A stretch of 64,000 nt of DNA from Candidatus Eremiobacteria bacterium (GTDB taxonomy: Bacteria > Vulcanimicrobiota > Vulcanimicrobiia > Vulcanimicrobiales > Vulcanimicrobiaceae): assembly GCA_963737065.1 (NCBI GenBank), contig CAVTRC010000002.1, positions 320,001 to 384,000 on the forward strand, given 5' to 3'. Made by a program: the position numbers and the translations under genes. The notes under the pieces were generated by a model, which saw only the letters and a list, made by a program, of their open reading frames with translations, was not told the origin of the DNA and searched no databases. Positions 39,008-50,466 of the stretch are shown here, in pieces (position 1 is the stretch's first letter; the number at the start of each line of letters is the position of its first letter).

Positions 39008-39811
39008 GTGCACGGTTATCTTGAATTCGAACGGTGGTACGTCGGCGGCTTTCTGGCGGTTTTCGGGCTCTTCATCGTGTGGAAAGGCGCCACGTTGGGT
39101 TCGTGTTCGCATTTCTTCTGTTTGGAGTTGCGCGATCGGACGTTGAGAGAGCGATTTGCTCCCGTAGTGGAACGCCGCAACCTATTGGAAGGCGACAACG
39201 GATGGGCGCGACGGATCACCGGGCTCTCGGCGGTGCTCTTCGGCGTACTCGTGCTCGTGCGCACGGTGAATCCCGTGATTGGCTATGCATTGCTGTGTGC
39301 CGTCCTCGCGATCGTGACGTCGCAGATTTATTTGAGCATGCGCAACCGCAGCGAGCATCGCGCCGCTTCACTGCAACCGCGAACCGCCACGACGTCCGTG
39401 CCGGCGCTTTGGTACGCCGGGGCCGTGCTCAGTGCGATCCTCCCGCTCGCAACGCTCGGATATCCGAACTTGCGAATTTCTGCGATCATCGTTGCAATCG
39501 CGTGCACGGCGATCGTTATCGTAGCCGCGCGTACCGCGAAAATGGCCGCGTTGCTTGCCGGCGACGATCCGGAGATCGAAGTTTACGTCGATAACCGCTT
39601 GCGCTGGACCCGCGTTACCGGATTGCTGGAACTCGCATACGCCGCGAGTTATCTGTTCGTTTCGATGAGCAAGCCCGAATTGCCGGCCGGTACGCCTTCG
39701 GTTACGGCGTTATTCGTCGCATCGTGGGTGTTGTTCTTTGGTTTTGCGATCTGGGCGATTGCGCGATACTTCCTTCAACGTCCGCGAGCGAACGCGCTCG
39801 TGCGTCGATGA
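39008..39811 (+). CDS. Hypothetical polytopic membrane protein
   Basis: About 7 TM segments; RBS GGAGG; ATGA-coupled to GntR gene. Confidence 0.75.
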   Translation: MHGYLEFERWYVGGFLAVFGLFIVWKGATLGSCSHFFCLELRDRTLRERFAPVVERRNLLEGDNGWARRITGLSAVLFGVLVLVRTVNPVIGYALLCAVLAIVTSQIYLSMRNRSEHRAASLQPRTATTSVPALWYAGAVLSAILPLATLGYPNLRISAIIVAIACTAIVIVAARTAKMAALLAGDDPEIEVYVDNRLRWTRVTGLLELAYAASYLFVSMSKPELPAGTPSVTALFVASWVLFFGFAIWAIARYFLQRPRANALVRR

Positions 39812-40200
39812 CGACCGACTCTCTGATCGCGGTCGACCCGAATCTCGAGACGGCGCCGTATCAGCAAATCTTCGAGCAGATCCGCGCGGGGATCGAACGA
39901 GGCGATCTGCCGCCGGATGCCGTGCTCCCGACGGTACGTCAGCTCGCGGGCGACTTAGGTGTCGCGCCGAACACCGTCGCTCGCGCGTATGCGGATTTGC
40001 AGCAAGCGGGATGGCTTGTCAGTGAAGGGCGGCGCGGCACGCGAGTTGCCTCGAAGACGCCTGCGGCCGATCGTCGCGCGCGGCTGCACGCGTTAACCGA
40101 GGCGGTGTCGCGCTTTATCGAAACGATGCGCCATCGCGGCTACACGAGAGAAGAGATCGCCGCCAAACTTGACGACGTGCGGCGATCCCAGCTTCTCTAG
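39808..40200 (+). CDS. GntR (YtrA subfamily) regulator
   Basis: PYQQI, LPTVRQLA..LGVAPNTVARAY, GRRGT; short C-terminus. Confidence 0.92.
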   Translation: MTTDSLIAVDPNLETAPYQQIFEQIRAGIERGDLPPDAVLPTVRQLAGDLGVAPNTVARAYADLQQAGWLVSEGRRGTRVASKTPAADRRARLHALTEAVSRFIETMRHRGYTREEIAAKLDDVRRSQLL

Positions 40201-40295
40201 CACGTCCACTCAACCACAGCCGGGCGCGCTCTACGGCGCTGACGTGCGAGGATTGCACTGTAGCGCACGAAACGGAATAGCAGGAGGTGCCGCGC

Positions 40296-40976
40296 ATGTA
40301 CAACGTTGCTGTAGAACGGTCCGCCGGATGGTCGGGCATCGCATTCATTATCATCGTCATCGTGGCTGCTTTTCTTCCCGGCTCTCCGCCGCCCCCGGAC
40401 GCCGCGCCGGCCGATGTTGCCGCGTTTATCGACGCGCATCACGCCATGTGGATGCTTGCGGCGTGGCTGACGTTTCCCGCTATTGCGTTCTTCTTGTGGT
40501 GGCTCATTCAACTGCGCGCGTACTTGCGGCTCGTCCCGCAGATCGACGACGGCTTGCCGACGTATATGCTCGCCGGCGGCGTTGTTGCCGCAGCGATCGT
40601 GATCGTTACCGCCACGGTGCAGGTCGTTCTCGGTATGCGGCTCTCAACGGATCGCACACCGCAGATCGTCGGCATGCTCTACGATTCGTTCAATGCGCTC
40701 GGTGCGATGATTTTCATTCCATCGACCATCGTGGTATTCGCCGGTTCGCACAGCGGACGGCGTCACCGGAGTCTCCCGGCCGGACTTGCCTATTTCGGAT
40801 ATCTCGCAACCATCGGTTGTGCCGTCGCAACGTTGTCGGTCTTTTCGACGAACGGATTCATGGCGACCGGGGGAATCGGCACAATCCTCATCGGGCTCCT
40901 GCCGTTTGCGATTTGGGTGATCGCGGTCAGCGTCGTACTGATTCGTTCGCCGCGGAGTGCGCCTGCCGGGACTTAA
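40296..40976 (+). CDS. Hypothetical membrane protein (DUF4386-like)
   Basis: RBS AGGAGG before ATG 40296; about 6 TM segments. Confidence 0.7.
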   Translation: MYNVAVERSAGWSGIAFIIIVIVAAFLPGSPPPPDAAPADVAAFIDAHHAMWMLAAWLTFPAIAFFLWWLIQLRAYLRLVPQIDDGLPTYMLAGGVVAAAIVIVTATVQVVLGMRLSTDRTPQIVGMLYDSFNALGAMIFIPSTIVVFAGSHSGRRHRSLPAGLAYFGYLATIGCAVATLSVFSTNGFMATGGIGTILIGLLPFAIWVIAVSVVLIRSPRSAPAGT

Positions 40977-41018
40977 CGCTCAAGGGCGCAGGCGCTATGC
41001 CGAACAATTCTTCCGGCG

Positions 41019-41735
41019 ATGAAAGCCCCGTTCTTGCTGTTGATACTACTCGCTTTCGCTGCGCCCTCCGCGGTCGGTGCGGCCCCTCTTCGGACCTTAA
41101 CGTACCACTTCAGTTTCGACGCGCGCGGTTTTGGCTCGTCGATAGCGACGACGGGAAACGGCGCAGTCATTGAAAACGGGCTCGCGGGAACCAACTCTCG
41201 CTCCGGTTCCATCCGGGTCGACGTCATTCAAGCCACCGGCGACGGCGGCTTGGTGGTTGACGTGACGGAACACGTCGACCGAGACCTGCACGACCTACAA
41301 ACGATTCGTTGCGCGGTGTACGGCGGCACGCAAAGAGTCATCTGCGATCAGAATTTGCACGCAACGAGCGAAGAAACGGTTCTGCTGCAATATCTTGGCC
41401 GCTTTTTCTACGATGCTTCGAAGGTCGACAGCAGCGGACACTGGCATGTGTCACCGCCGCTCTATCGGGGATTTTCCGTAGACAACGACTACACGATCAA
41501 GAAGAGAGACGGAAACGTGTTGACGATCTCAATTTCGCGTCGTGAAAGCGGCGGCGGGTATCTCGCGACGACCGATGGGACGCTCATCTACGACGCGGCA
41601 TTCGATGTGCCCGATTCGATCAAAATGTCGACGTCGTCACAACGCGCCGGCGGCCAAGGCGATATGAACGTCGAACTCAAGCTCTTGACCGATTCAATGT
41701 CCAATGCGCGCGCAGCATCGTCAGCGCCGCATTAG
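41019..41735 (+). CDS. Hypothetical secreted protein, tandem paralog 1
   Basis: Signal peptide; end-to-end similarity to 41743..42459. Confidence 0.8.
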   Translation: MKAPFLLLILLAFAAPSAVGAAPLRTLTYHFSFDARGFGSSIATTGNGAVIENGLAGTNSRSGSIRVDVIQATGDGGLVVDVTEHVDRDLHDLQTIRCAVYGGTQRVICDQNLHATSEETVLLQYLGRFFYDASKVDSSGHWHVSPPLYRGFSVDNDYTIKKRDGNVLTISISRRESGGGYLATTDGTLIYDAAFDVPDSIKMSTSSQRAGGQGDMNVELKLLTDSMSNARAASSAPH

Positions 41736-41742
41736 ATCGCGG

Positions 41743-42459
41743 ATGAGCCGTGCCTATGCGCTGCTCGTTCTAGTGCTTGCGCTTGCGCCGCTGTGTGCGC
41801 GCGCCGATGCACCCCTCCGCACGGTGGTTTATCGCTACACGATGGATGCTCGTGGATTCTTTGGCGCGCCCAGCACGAGCGTCTACGGTGCCGTGAGCGA
41901 AAACGGCGCCGCTGGTACGGCGGGCCGTACGGGCACCATTCGAGTCGACGTGGTAAAGGCGACGTCCGATGGCGGTCTCGTCGTCGACGTGACGCAGAAC
42001 ATCGATCGTGAACTCCATCCGTTGCAAACTCTGCGATGCGCGATTTACGGGCGCACCGAGGACGTCGTATGCGATCAGAACGTCGGCGCAACGAGCACTG
42101 AAACGGTCCTTCTCAGTTATTTTGGCCGCTATTTCTACGAACCATCACGCGTCGATGCAGCGGGGCGCTGGCATACGTCGCCGCAAATCCACGACAAAGG
42201 CGTCCAGATCGATAATGACTTCACCGTGACGAAGACGGACGCCAGTCTGCTTACAATTAAGATCGCCCGGACGGAAAAAGGCGGCGGCTACATGGCGACA
42301 ACCGAAGGCTCTCTGGTTTACGACACCGCCCTCGACGTGCCGGACGCGGTTCACGTTGCGGTCACGACGCAGCGCTCCGGAGAGCAAGGCGACATGAACG
42401 TACAGCTGCAGCTCGTCTCCGATTCTATGGCTGCGCAGAGCGGCCAAACCTCGCATTGA
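41743..42459 (+). CDS. Hypothetical secreted protein, tandem paralog 2
   Basis: Signal peptide; shared DGGLVVDV, RCA.YG, CDQN, QGDMNV motifs. Confidence 0.8.
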   Translation: MSRAYALLVLVLALAPLCARADAPLRTVVYRYTMDARGFFGAPSTSVYGAVSENGAAGTAGRTGTIRVDVVKATSDGGLVVDVTQNIDRELHPLQTLRCAIYGRTEDVVCDQNVGATSTETVLLSYFGRYFYEPSRVDAAGRWHTSPQIHDKGVQIDNDFTVTKTDASLLTIKIARTEKGGGYMATTEGSLVYDTALDVPDAVHVAVTTQRSGEQGDMNVQLQLVSDSMAAQSGQTSH

Positions 42460-42484
42460 CGCGTCGTATCCTCCCTGGTATACT
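42456..42484 (+). promoter_or_regulatory. str operon promoter
   Basis: TTGACG-17bp-TATACT followed by GC-rich GCCG. Confidence 0.8.
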
Positions 42485-42558
42485 GCCGTAGTTCAGGCCC
42501 ACCCCGTCGGTGCGGCCGACTTTGTGTGTGTTGATACGTGCAGTTGTGGGAGTAGTTT

Positions 42559-42999
42559 TTGCCTACCATTAACCAACTGGTCCGTAAGGGCCGGGCGAAG
42601 ACGGAGAAGAAGGTCAAGACCCGCGCGTTCCGTGTGATCCTCACCGGACCGAAGCCGGGGCATCCGGATCTTCCGACGCGGTCGTTCGAAGTTCAGGGCA
42701 ACCCGCAACGTCGCGGCGTCTGCACTCAAGTGAAGACCGTAACGCCGAAGAAGCCGAACTCGGCGCTTCGCAAAGTCGCCCGTGTACGCTTGACCAATGG
42801 CGAAGAGGTGACGGCGTACATTCCCGGCATCGGGCATAACCTGCAAGAGCACTCGGTCGTGCTCGTGCGCGGCGGCCGCGTCAAGGATCTGCCGGGGGTC
42901 CGCTACCACATCATCCGCGGAACGCTCGACACCGCCGGTACGGCAAACCGCAAGCAAGGCCGCTCGAAATACGGCGCGAAGCGCGACAAGAAGAAGTAA
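42559..42999 (+). CDS. rpsL: 30S ribosomal protein S12
   Basis: [35 protein letters not shown] start. Confidence 0.99.
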   Translation: MPTINQLVRKGRAKTEKKVKTRAFRVILTGPKPGHPDLPTRSFEVQGNPQRRGVCTQVKTVTPKKPNSALRKVARVRLTNGEEVTAYIPGIGHNLQEHSVVLVRGGRVKDLPGVRYHIIRGTLDTAGTANRKQGRSKYGAKRDKKK

Positions 43000-43049
43000 G
43001 ACGTCCTACGACCGGCTCAGGATAGAAAAAGGAAAGTTTAAAGAGATAC

Positions 43050-43520
43050 ATGCCTCGCAAAGGTCCGGCTCCGAAGCGGCAGATTCTGCCCGATCCGAAG
43101 TACAACTCGAAGATTCTCGCGCGCTTCATCAATAAGGTCATGTTGAGTGGTAAGAAATCGACCGCCGAGCAGGTTACCTATGGAGCTCTCGACATCATCG
43201 CGGACAAGAGCGGTCGCGATCCGTACGAAGTGTTCCAGCAAGCGCTCTCGAACGCGATGCCGCTCGTAGAAGTGCGACCGCGACGCGTCGGCGGTGCGAC
43301 GTATCAGGTACCGATGGAAGTTCGACCCGACCGCCGCCAAGCGATGGCGATGCGCTGGTTGATCGGTTTCGCGCGTTCGCGCGGCGGGCGTTCGTTCGAA
43401 GAAAAGCTCGCCGGCGAGCTGATGGACGCATCCAATAATACCGGCGCGACGATCAAGAAGCGGGAAGACACCCACAAGATGGCTGAAGCGAATAAGGCTT
43501 TCGCCCACTACCGTTGGTAA
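43050..43520 (+). CDS. rpsG: 30S ribosomal protein S7
   Basis: [26 protein letters not shown]. Confidence 0.99.
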   Translation: MPRKGPAPKRQILPDPKYNSKILARFINKVMLSGKKSTAEQVTYGALDIIADKSGRDPYEVFQQALSNAMPLVEVRPRRVGGATYQVPMEVRPDRRQAMAMRWLIGFARSRGGRSFEEKLAGELMDASNNTGATIKKREDTHKMAEANKAFAHYRW

Positions 43521-43544
43521 TGCACACCCCAGAGATTTTTTAAG

Positions 43545-45650
43545 TTGGCAACCAGAGAGTTCTCCCTCGAGAAGACACGTAATATCGGCATCGCCGCCCA
43601 CATCGATGCCGGTAAGACGACGTGCACCGAACGCATTCTTTTTTACACCGGACGCGTGCACAAAATCGGTGAAGTGCATGACGGCGCCGCGACGATGGAT
43701 TGGATGGTCCAGGAACAAGAACGCGGCATCACGATCACTTCGGCGGCGACGGCGGCCACGTGGCGCGAACACCGGATCAACATCATCGATACGCCTGGCC
43801 ACGTGGACTTTACCGTCGAGGTCGAGCGCTCGCTTCGCGTGCTCGACGGACTCGTCGCACTCTTCGACTCCGTCGCCGCGGTTCAGCCGCAGTCCGAGAC
43901 CGTGTGGCGTCAGGCGAACAAATACAAAGTGCCGCGCATCATCTTCGTCAACAAGATGGACCGCATGGGCGCCGACTTCTTCAACGTCGTGGAGAAGATC
44001 CGCGAGCGTCTGGGCGCACGCGCCGTCCCGGTCCAAGTACCGATCGGCGCTGAGGACAACTTCAAAGGCGTGGTTGATCTCTTCACGATGAGGAAGATCG
44101 TCTACACCGACGACCTCGGCTCGACGATGGCGCAAGAGCCGGTCACCGATGCCGATCGCGATCTCAAGGCGCTCGCAGACAAGTGGCGTCAGCAACTCGT
44201 CGAGGCGATCGCCGAGCAAGACGACGAACTGCTCGAGATGTTCTTCAATGGCGAAGAGCTGCCGGTCGAACGCATGAAGACGGCGTTGCGCAAAGCGACG
44301 ATCGCCGGTACCGTGCTGCCGATGCTCTGCGGCTCCGCCTTCAAAAACAAGGGCGTGCAGCCGTTACTCGACGCCGTCGTGGAGTATCTGCCGTCTCCGC
44401 TCGATGCGAAGCCGATCGTCGGTACCGACGAAGACGGTAACGAGATGACGCGCAAGCCGGTCGACAGCGAACCGTTCAGCGCGCTTGCGTTCAAGATCGC
44501 GACCGATCCGTACGGCAATTTGACGTATTTCCGCGTGTATTCCGGTACGCTGAACAAAGGGTCGTACGTGTACAATTCGCGTTCGGGCAAGAAAGAGCGT
44601 ATCGGACGCATCCTTCGTATGCACGCGAACCATCGCGAGGACATCGATTCCATCGGCGCGGGCGATATCGCGGCGGCGGTCGGCTTGACCGACACGCGCA
44701 CGGGTGACACGCTGTGCGACGAAAAGAATCCGATCGTGCTCGAATCGATCACGTTCCCGGATCCCGTTATCTTCCAGGCGATCGAGCCGAAGTCGAAGGC
44801 GGACCAGGACCAGCTCGGCAAGGGTCTCGCACGTCTTGCACAGGAAGACCCGACATTCCGCATGCGCACCGATGAAGAGACGCAACAGACGATCATCGGC
44901 GGCATGGGCGAGCTTCACTTGGAAATCATCGTCGATCGTTTGCGTCGCGAATTCAAAGTCGAAGCCAACGTCGGAAAACCGCAGGTCGCATACAAAGAAG
45001 CGATCACGAAAACCGTTGAACGCCAGGGCAAGCACGTCCGGCAATCAGGCGGTAAAGGCCAATACGGCGATATTTGGCTGCGCGTCGAACCGCTCGAACC
45101 GGGCTCCGGCTTTCAATTCGAATGGAAGATCGTGGGCGGTGCGGTGCCTAAGGAATATGCGAAAGCAGTTCAGCAAGGCGTCGAGGAGTCCGCGCAAAGC
45201 GGTGTCCTGGCCGGATTCCCGGTGCTCGACTTCAAAGTGACCGCGTTCGACGGGTCGTATCACGACGTAGATTCGTCCGAAATGGCGTTTAAGGTCGCTG
45301 CGTCGCACGGTTGGAAATCAGCGAATCAGGCGGCAGGCCCGATTCTGCTCGAGCCGATCATGAAAGTTGAAGTGACGACGCCGAAAGATTATTTGGGCGC
45401 CATCAACGGCGACCTAAACCGTCGTCGCGGTCTGATTCAATCGACGGAAGAAGCCGCGGGCGGCGCGCAAGTCATCATGGCGCACGTTCCGCTCTCGGAG
45501 ATGTTCGGGTACGCAACCGACATGCGTTCGATGACGCAAGGTCGTGCAACGTACACGATGGAGTTTTCTCACTATGAGAAAGCTCCGAAGATGGTTGAAG
45601 AGGAAATCATCGCCAAATCGACCGGTCGCAAAAGAGGCGACGCAGCCTAG
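43545..45650 (+). CDS. fusA: Elongation factor G
   Basis: [39 protein letters not shown]. Confidence 0.99.
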   Translation: MATREFSLEKTRNIGIAAHIDAGKTTCTERILFYTGRVHKIGEVHDGAATMDWMVQEQERGITITSAATAATWREHRINIIDTPGHVDFTVEVERSLRVLDGLVALFDSVAAVQPQSETVWRQANKYKVPRIIFVNKMDRMGADFFNVVEKIRERLGARAVPVQVPIGAEDNFKGVVDLFTMRKIVYTDDLGSTMAQEPVTDADRDLKALADKWRQQLVEAIAEQDDELLEMFFNGEELPVERMKTALRKATIAGTVLPMLCGSAFKNKGVQPLLDAVVEYLPSPLDAKPIVGTDEDGNEMTRKPVDSEPFSALAFKIATDPYGNLTYFRVYSGTLNKGSYVYNSRSGKKERIGRILRMHANHREDIDSIGAGDIAAAVGLTDTRTGDTLCDEKNPIVLESITFPDPVIFQAIEPKSKADQDQLGKGLARLAQEDPTFRMRTDEETQQTIIGGMGELHLEIIVDRLRREFKVEANVGKPQVAYKEAITKTVERQGKHVRQSGGKGQYGDIWLRVEPLEPGSGFQFEWKIVGGAVPKEYAKAVQQGVEESAQSGVLAGFPVLDFKVTAFDGSYHDVDSSEMAFKVAASHGWKSANQAAGPILLEPIMKVEVTTPKDYLGAINGDLNRRRGLIQSTEEAAGGAQVIMAHVPLSEMFGYATDMRSMTQGRATYTMEFSHYEKAPKMVEEEIIAKSTGRKRGDAA

Positions 45651-45759
45651 AGTAATCTGGGCACAACCACTCGGCGGCACGAGCTGAGTTCAAACAACAT
45701 AGGCTACGCCGTCGAGATTTCATCGACGGATAATTAGACGAGGAAAATAAAAAACACAC

Positions 45760-46959
<1,200 letters not shown>

Positions 46960-46961
46960 TC

Positions 46962-47042
46962 TTTTCGTCCACAGTGCCGTTGCGGCGGGGATCGTGGTCC
47001 GTAGACCACTTCACCCCTGCCGCGCCTAACTGTGAACGAAAA
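46962..47042. repeat. Dispersed palindromic element, copy 2
   Basis: Same architecture as 8430-8509 with compensatory stem changes (GTGGTC-CGTA-GACCAC apex). Confidence 0.75.
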
Positions 47043-47070
47043 TCGTTACTCGTGCAGCGTGAGACGCTGT

Positions 47071-47099
47071 TGGACAAAAAACGGGAGTCGTGGTAGACT
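47071..47099 (+). promoter_or_regulatory. rpsJ promoter
   Basis: TGGACA-17bp-TAGACT, TG upstream of -10, GC-rich GCGG downstream. Confidence 0.7.
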
Positions 47100-47130
47100 G
47101 CGGCTTGCTGTCCGAGTGGCAGTTGCTTTG

Positions 47131-47145
47131 AGTTCATTGAAAACT
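47131..47145 (+). promoter_or_regulatory. boxA-like element in rpsJ leader
   Basis: AGTTCATTGAAAACT, one mismatch from Gram-positive rrn boxA AGTTCTTTGAAAACT; preceded by a small hairpin. Confidence 0.6.
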
Positions 47146-47258
47146 TTATGCGAGCCCTGCGCGCTTTGCGTAGGGGGCGCGCAGCACGAAGTGCGAAGTG
47201 CCTGTTCGACTGAAAGGGGTCCCCGAAGGACGTAGTTCTTTGGGGTTTAGAGAGAGAC

Positions 47259-47567
47259 GTGGCTAAGCAGAAGATCCGCATTCGTTTGAAAGCGTTCGAT
47301 CACAAGGTGCTCGACCAAAGCGCCGAGCGTATCGTCGAGACGGCGAAGCGCACCGGCGCGTTCGTGAGCGGTCCCGTTCCGCTGCCGACCGAGATCAACC
47401 GCTTTTGCGTTCAGCGTTCGACGAACAACGACAAAAAGTCGCGCGAGCACTTTGAGATGCGCACGCACAAACGGCTGATCGACATCCTGCAGGCGTCCCC
47501 GAAAACGATGGATGCGCTGATGCATCTCGATCTCCCGGCCGGCGTCGACATCGAACTCAAGGCGTAG
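47259..47567 (+). CDS. rpsJ: 30S ribosomal protein S10 (NusE)
   Basis: [30 protein letters not shown]. Confidence 0.99.
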   Translation: MAKQKIRIRLKAFDHKVLDQSAERIVETAKRTGAFVSGPVPLPTEINRFCVQRSTNNDKKSREHFEMRTHKRLIDILQASPKTMDALMHLDLPAGVDIELKA

Positions 47568-47592
47568 TGGACAGGAACGTAATGATGTAACC

Positions 47593-47625
47593 GGCCCGAA
47601 ATGAATGCTTCGGGCCTTTGTTTTT
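47593..47625 (+). terminator. Intrinsic terminator directly after rpsJ
   Basis: GGCCCGAA-N8-TTCGGGCC then TTTGTTTTT. Confidence 0.8.
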
Positions 47626-47715
47626 CCAGTCTCAGGACACGATCCGTTCGGCCGGTTCACCGTCGGCGTGACGATTCTGAACGCATTTCAAAAATGACAT
47701 GAGGAGGAGCTCTCA

Positions 47716-47955
47716 ATGGAACTCAAGCCGACCTATCTTGGCACGATGATCTCGCTCGCAACCGTTGCCTTCGGTCTCATCGCGGCGGGTGCATGGAATA
47801 AGTTTATTACGGATCTGATCGCCATCTTTTTGAAGCCCGGAGCCGGCGTTTGGGCAGAGTTGATCTATGCCGTGATCATCACGATCGTCGCAATCGTCGT
47901 CGTGCAGAACCTCGCGAATGTCGCCGAGCGCGACTCGTTCCGACGGAAAGTGTAA
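47716..47955 (+). CDS. DUF5654-like small membrane protein
   Basis: AFGLIAAGAWN, LIYAVIITIVA; strong RBS GAGGAGGAG. Confidence 0.8.
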   Translation: MELKPTYLGTMISLATVAFGLIAAGAWNKFITDLIAIFLKPGAGVWAELIYAVIITIVAIVVVQNLANVAERDSFRRKV

Positions 47956-48173
47956 AACGCCGCATCGAACTTGCTACGCTCGTACCACCGAGGTTCGTTC
48001 GCATCCGTCGCTGAACGATGAAACGCCGAAAGCGTTTGCTCTCTCGGCAAGGAATGGCGATGTAGGAAGTAGAGCGTAGAGCGGGCTAGCGTAACGGAAC
48101 GTCACCGTGACGACTCAAACGGGCAGCGTCAATAAAAAACGACAACGTGCCTGTCAAAAATACTCCGCGTAAA

Positions 48174-48950
48174 TCATCGGCGGTCCGGGGATGGCGACGG
48201 TTGTTGGGCCTGATGGAGCACGGTTTCGTACGAGCCGCGAACGGCTCCATTCTCCGACTCAACCGTGTCGCGCTCAATGACGTCTACTCCAAAGGTGTAT
48301 TGAGTGTAGTCGCGCTCCTCTGCTCCCAGCTTCCAAACCCCTTTAGACACACGAACCGCAAACGTTCCCGCCGGAACCGTGCGCACCGCGCTGCCCTCAT
48401 CTATTACATAAAGTGACCACGCTTCCGATCCGTTTGGCAAGGAGCATTGGTACATCGTCGCCGCACCCGATATATTTTGCGCGGCAGAAAAGTTCGCAGG
48501 CGCGCTGAGGATAGTTTCTCGCTTCGGAGCGAAGCAGCGCGGTGCAATAGGTGCTAAGAGATCCGTCCCAACCTGCTCAGCAAAACCGCCGTCGTTGATA
48601 ACGTAATAGTTCTGCAGATCGGTGGGGACCACGCCCCCCACAGTTTCGGAAGTGTAATACGACGAACCTCGGTACGTTTGTATGCCGTCGTACGCAACTT
48701 TGATCACCCCGGTGGAAGGGACGCTCCCGTTCGAGCCTTGGAGCGACACGGACACCCCGTACGTCCATATCGTGCCAACGCGCGCAAGTGTCTGCGGGCC
48801 GGCCGTCTGAATTGGTTGCGGCGTCGGCTGCGGTGACGGCGAATTCGGCGAACCGCCTTCGGCGCAATTGGTGAGCGCGAACGATCCGAGAACTAAGGCG
48901 GTTCGTCTGATGCTGATGCGTATCAAAGCCAACCCCTTGGCGAGTGTCAT
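48174..48950 (-). CDS. Hypothetical lipoprotein (3' end possibly frameshifted)
   Basis: ALTNC lipobox, Pro/Ser linker, beta-rich body. Confidence 0.6.
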   Translation of the reverse strand: MTLAKGLALIRISIRRTALVLGSFALTNCAEGGSPNSPSPQPTPQPIQTAGPQTLARVGTIWTYGVSVSLQGSNGSVPSTGVIKVAYDGIQTYRGSSYYTSETVGGVVPTDLQNYYVINDGGFAEQVGTDLLAPIAPRCFAPKRETILSAPANFSAAQNISGAATMYQCSLPNGSEAWSLYVIDEGSAVRTVPAGTFAVRVSKGVWKLGAEERDYTQYTFGVDVIERDTVESENGAVRGSYETVLHQAQQPSPSPDRR

Positions 48951-49196
48951 GGAATAGGGGTTGGCGGAAAAGTTCTCGGAGGTGTCGGCGCCGAGCTGAT
49001 CTGCGGGTTTTCGAGCACCTCAATAATATACGTATGCCCAGGATTCAACCTTCAGCCGTTGCCGCCCCAGAGCCCGGATAATAGAAGGAATTCCAGTCTC
49101 AGTTGATCCCGCAGCAATATGGCAACATTCCCCGGCGCAGCGCGGCGGGAAATCTGCTAATGCGTCACCGCTTTACCAAGTCTCTTGGGTGATGAA

Positions 49197-49612
49197 ATGA
49201 TTACGATCTTAGCGCTTACGCTGACAACCATTACGGCTCCGCACGTGGGGAGCGGGTGTTACTCGTCTCAGCTTCAGCTTGGAACGGGAAATATAACTTC
49301 GAACGTGCGGCTGTCGAATGATCCTTCGACGAACATCGTAAACATTTGGGCGTTCGTCGATAATCAATCAAAGTCTATTGCGTGGGTTTACAAAAATAAG
49401 TAAGGGAAGGTGTACGTTGTTTGGAACCCGGAGCGCAGCGCGATCGCGCAATCAATGGTGAGAGCATCGTCGCTGCCGGCAAGTCTCTTTACTCCAAACA
49501 TGGAACCTACAACTTGCGCAGCGTCGATCCTACCACACTTTTGGGCCTTGAGAACCTGCTTGGAGCAAATGGCTTCGTGCGAGCTTCGTGTTTCAGCGGT
49601 GACCTGAAGTAG
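49197..49612 (+). pseudogene. Disrupted secreted-protein gene
   Basis: MITILALTL.. frame hits TAA at 49401, resumes in frame (GKVYVVWNP), and the plausible C-terminus (..RASCFSGDLK) is in another frame. Confidence 0.5.
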
Positions 49613-49652
49613 AGCGGTCGGAGGTGCTGCTCAAATCGGTTAGGCAGCGTGT

Positions 49653-50174
49653 TTGGTTCTGACCGAAGCGCAGCTCGCAGCACTTGAGAAGGCGCAGAAC
49701 GAGAAGGACGCGCACGGCGAGTTCGAGAGTGAATGCCCCGGTTATTGCGGCGCACAAGACACGTTCTACGTCGGCACGCTCAAAGGCGTTGGCCGTGTAT
49801 ATCAGCAGACCTTTGTCGACACGTATAGCAAAGTTGGATTCGCGAAGCTGTACCAGCAAAAGACGCCAATTACTGCAGCAGATCTGCTCAATGATCGGGT
49901 CATTCCATTCTTTGAAGAGCACGATATTCGCGTGAGCCGAATCCTCACTGATCGTGGAACCGAGTACTGCGGAGACGTCCAGAAGCATCCTTACGAGTTG
50001 TACCTCGCAATCGAAGACATCGATCACACGCGCACCAAGGCAAAGAGCCCCCGAACAAACGGCATCGTTGAACGCCTTCACAAGACGATGCTTAACGAAT
50101 TCTACCGCGTGGCATTCCGCAAGAAGATTTACCATACGGTCGACGAGCTGCAACACTTAATTTCGATGGTCTGA
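49653..50174 (+). mobile_element. IS481-family transposase remnant (integrase core only)
   Basis: PGYCGAQDTFYVG.LKGVGRVYQQTFVD, LTDRGTEY, PRTNGIVER; N-terminal HTH and C-terminus missing; no terminal repeats recognised. Confidence 0.88.
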
Positions 50175-50257
50175 ACTTTCTTACCGATTGCTATGCGGCG
50201 TCGTGTTGCGGCGGCTTCTCGTTGTAGTGCTCGAACCATCGACGAAGGCGGTGTTCC

Positions 50258-50350
50258 TTACTCTCCCCGTTTGCGTGCCGATTGCTTAACGATCCAGCGG
50301 ACCAAAAAGAACCCCGAGATCACAACGGCAACCTGAGCAGCGACCGGCAT
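50258..50350 (-). CDS. Putative 30-aa single-TM peptide
   Basis: RBS AAGGAGTGGAG before ATG; MPVAAQVAVVISGFFLVRWIVKQSARKRGE. Confidence 0.45.
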   Translation of the reverse strand: MPVAAQVAVVISGFFLVRWIVKQSARKRGE

Positions 50351-50466
50351 GTCACTCCACTCCTTTGGGCATCTCACTGCAGTACGTCGTGTCGCAGTAT
50401 TTTTTCTGCAGCTGCTTTGCTCTTCACGAAATTCTGCGAGTGTTACTCATCGAGATCAGGCCGGCT

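Noticed and set aside
45651..45759. Two hairpins between fusA and tuf
   Set aside because: Short stems without a U-tract or similarity to the repeat family; ordinary spacer structure
48011..48056. Glycine-riboswitch- or hammerhead-like words (CGCCGAA..CTCTC..GGCAA; CTGA..GAAA)
   Set aside because: Lacks the GGAGAG 5' strand and required stems; no suitable downstream gene on that strand
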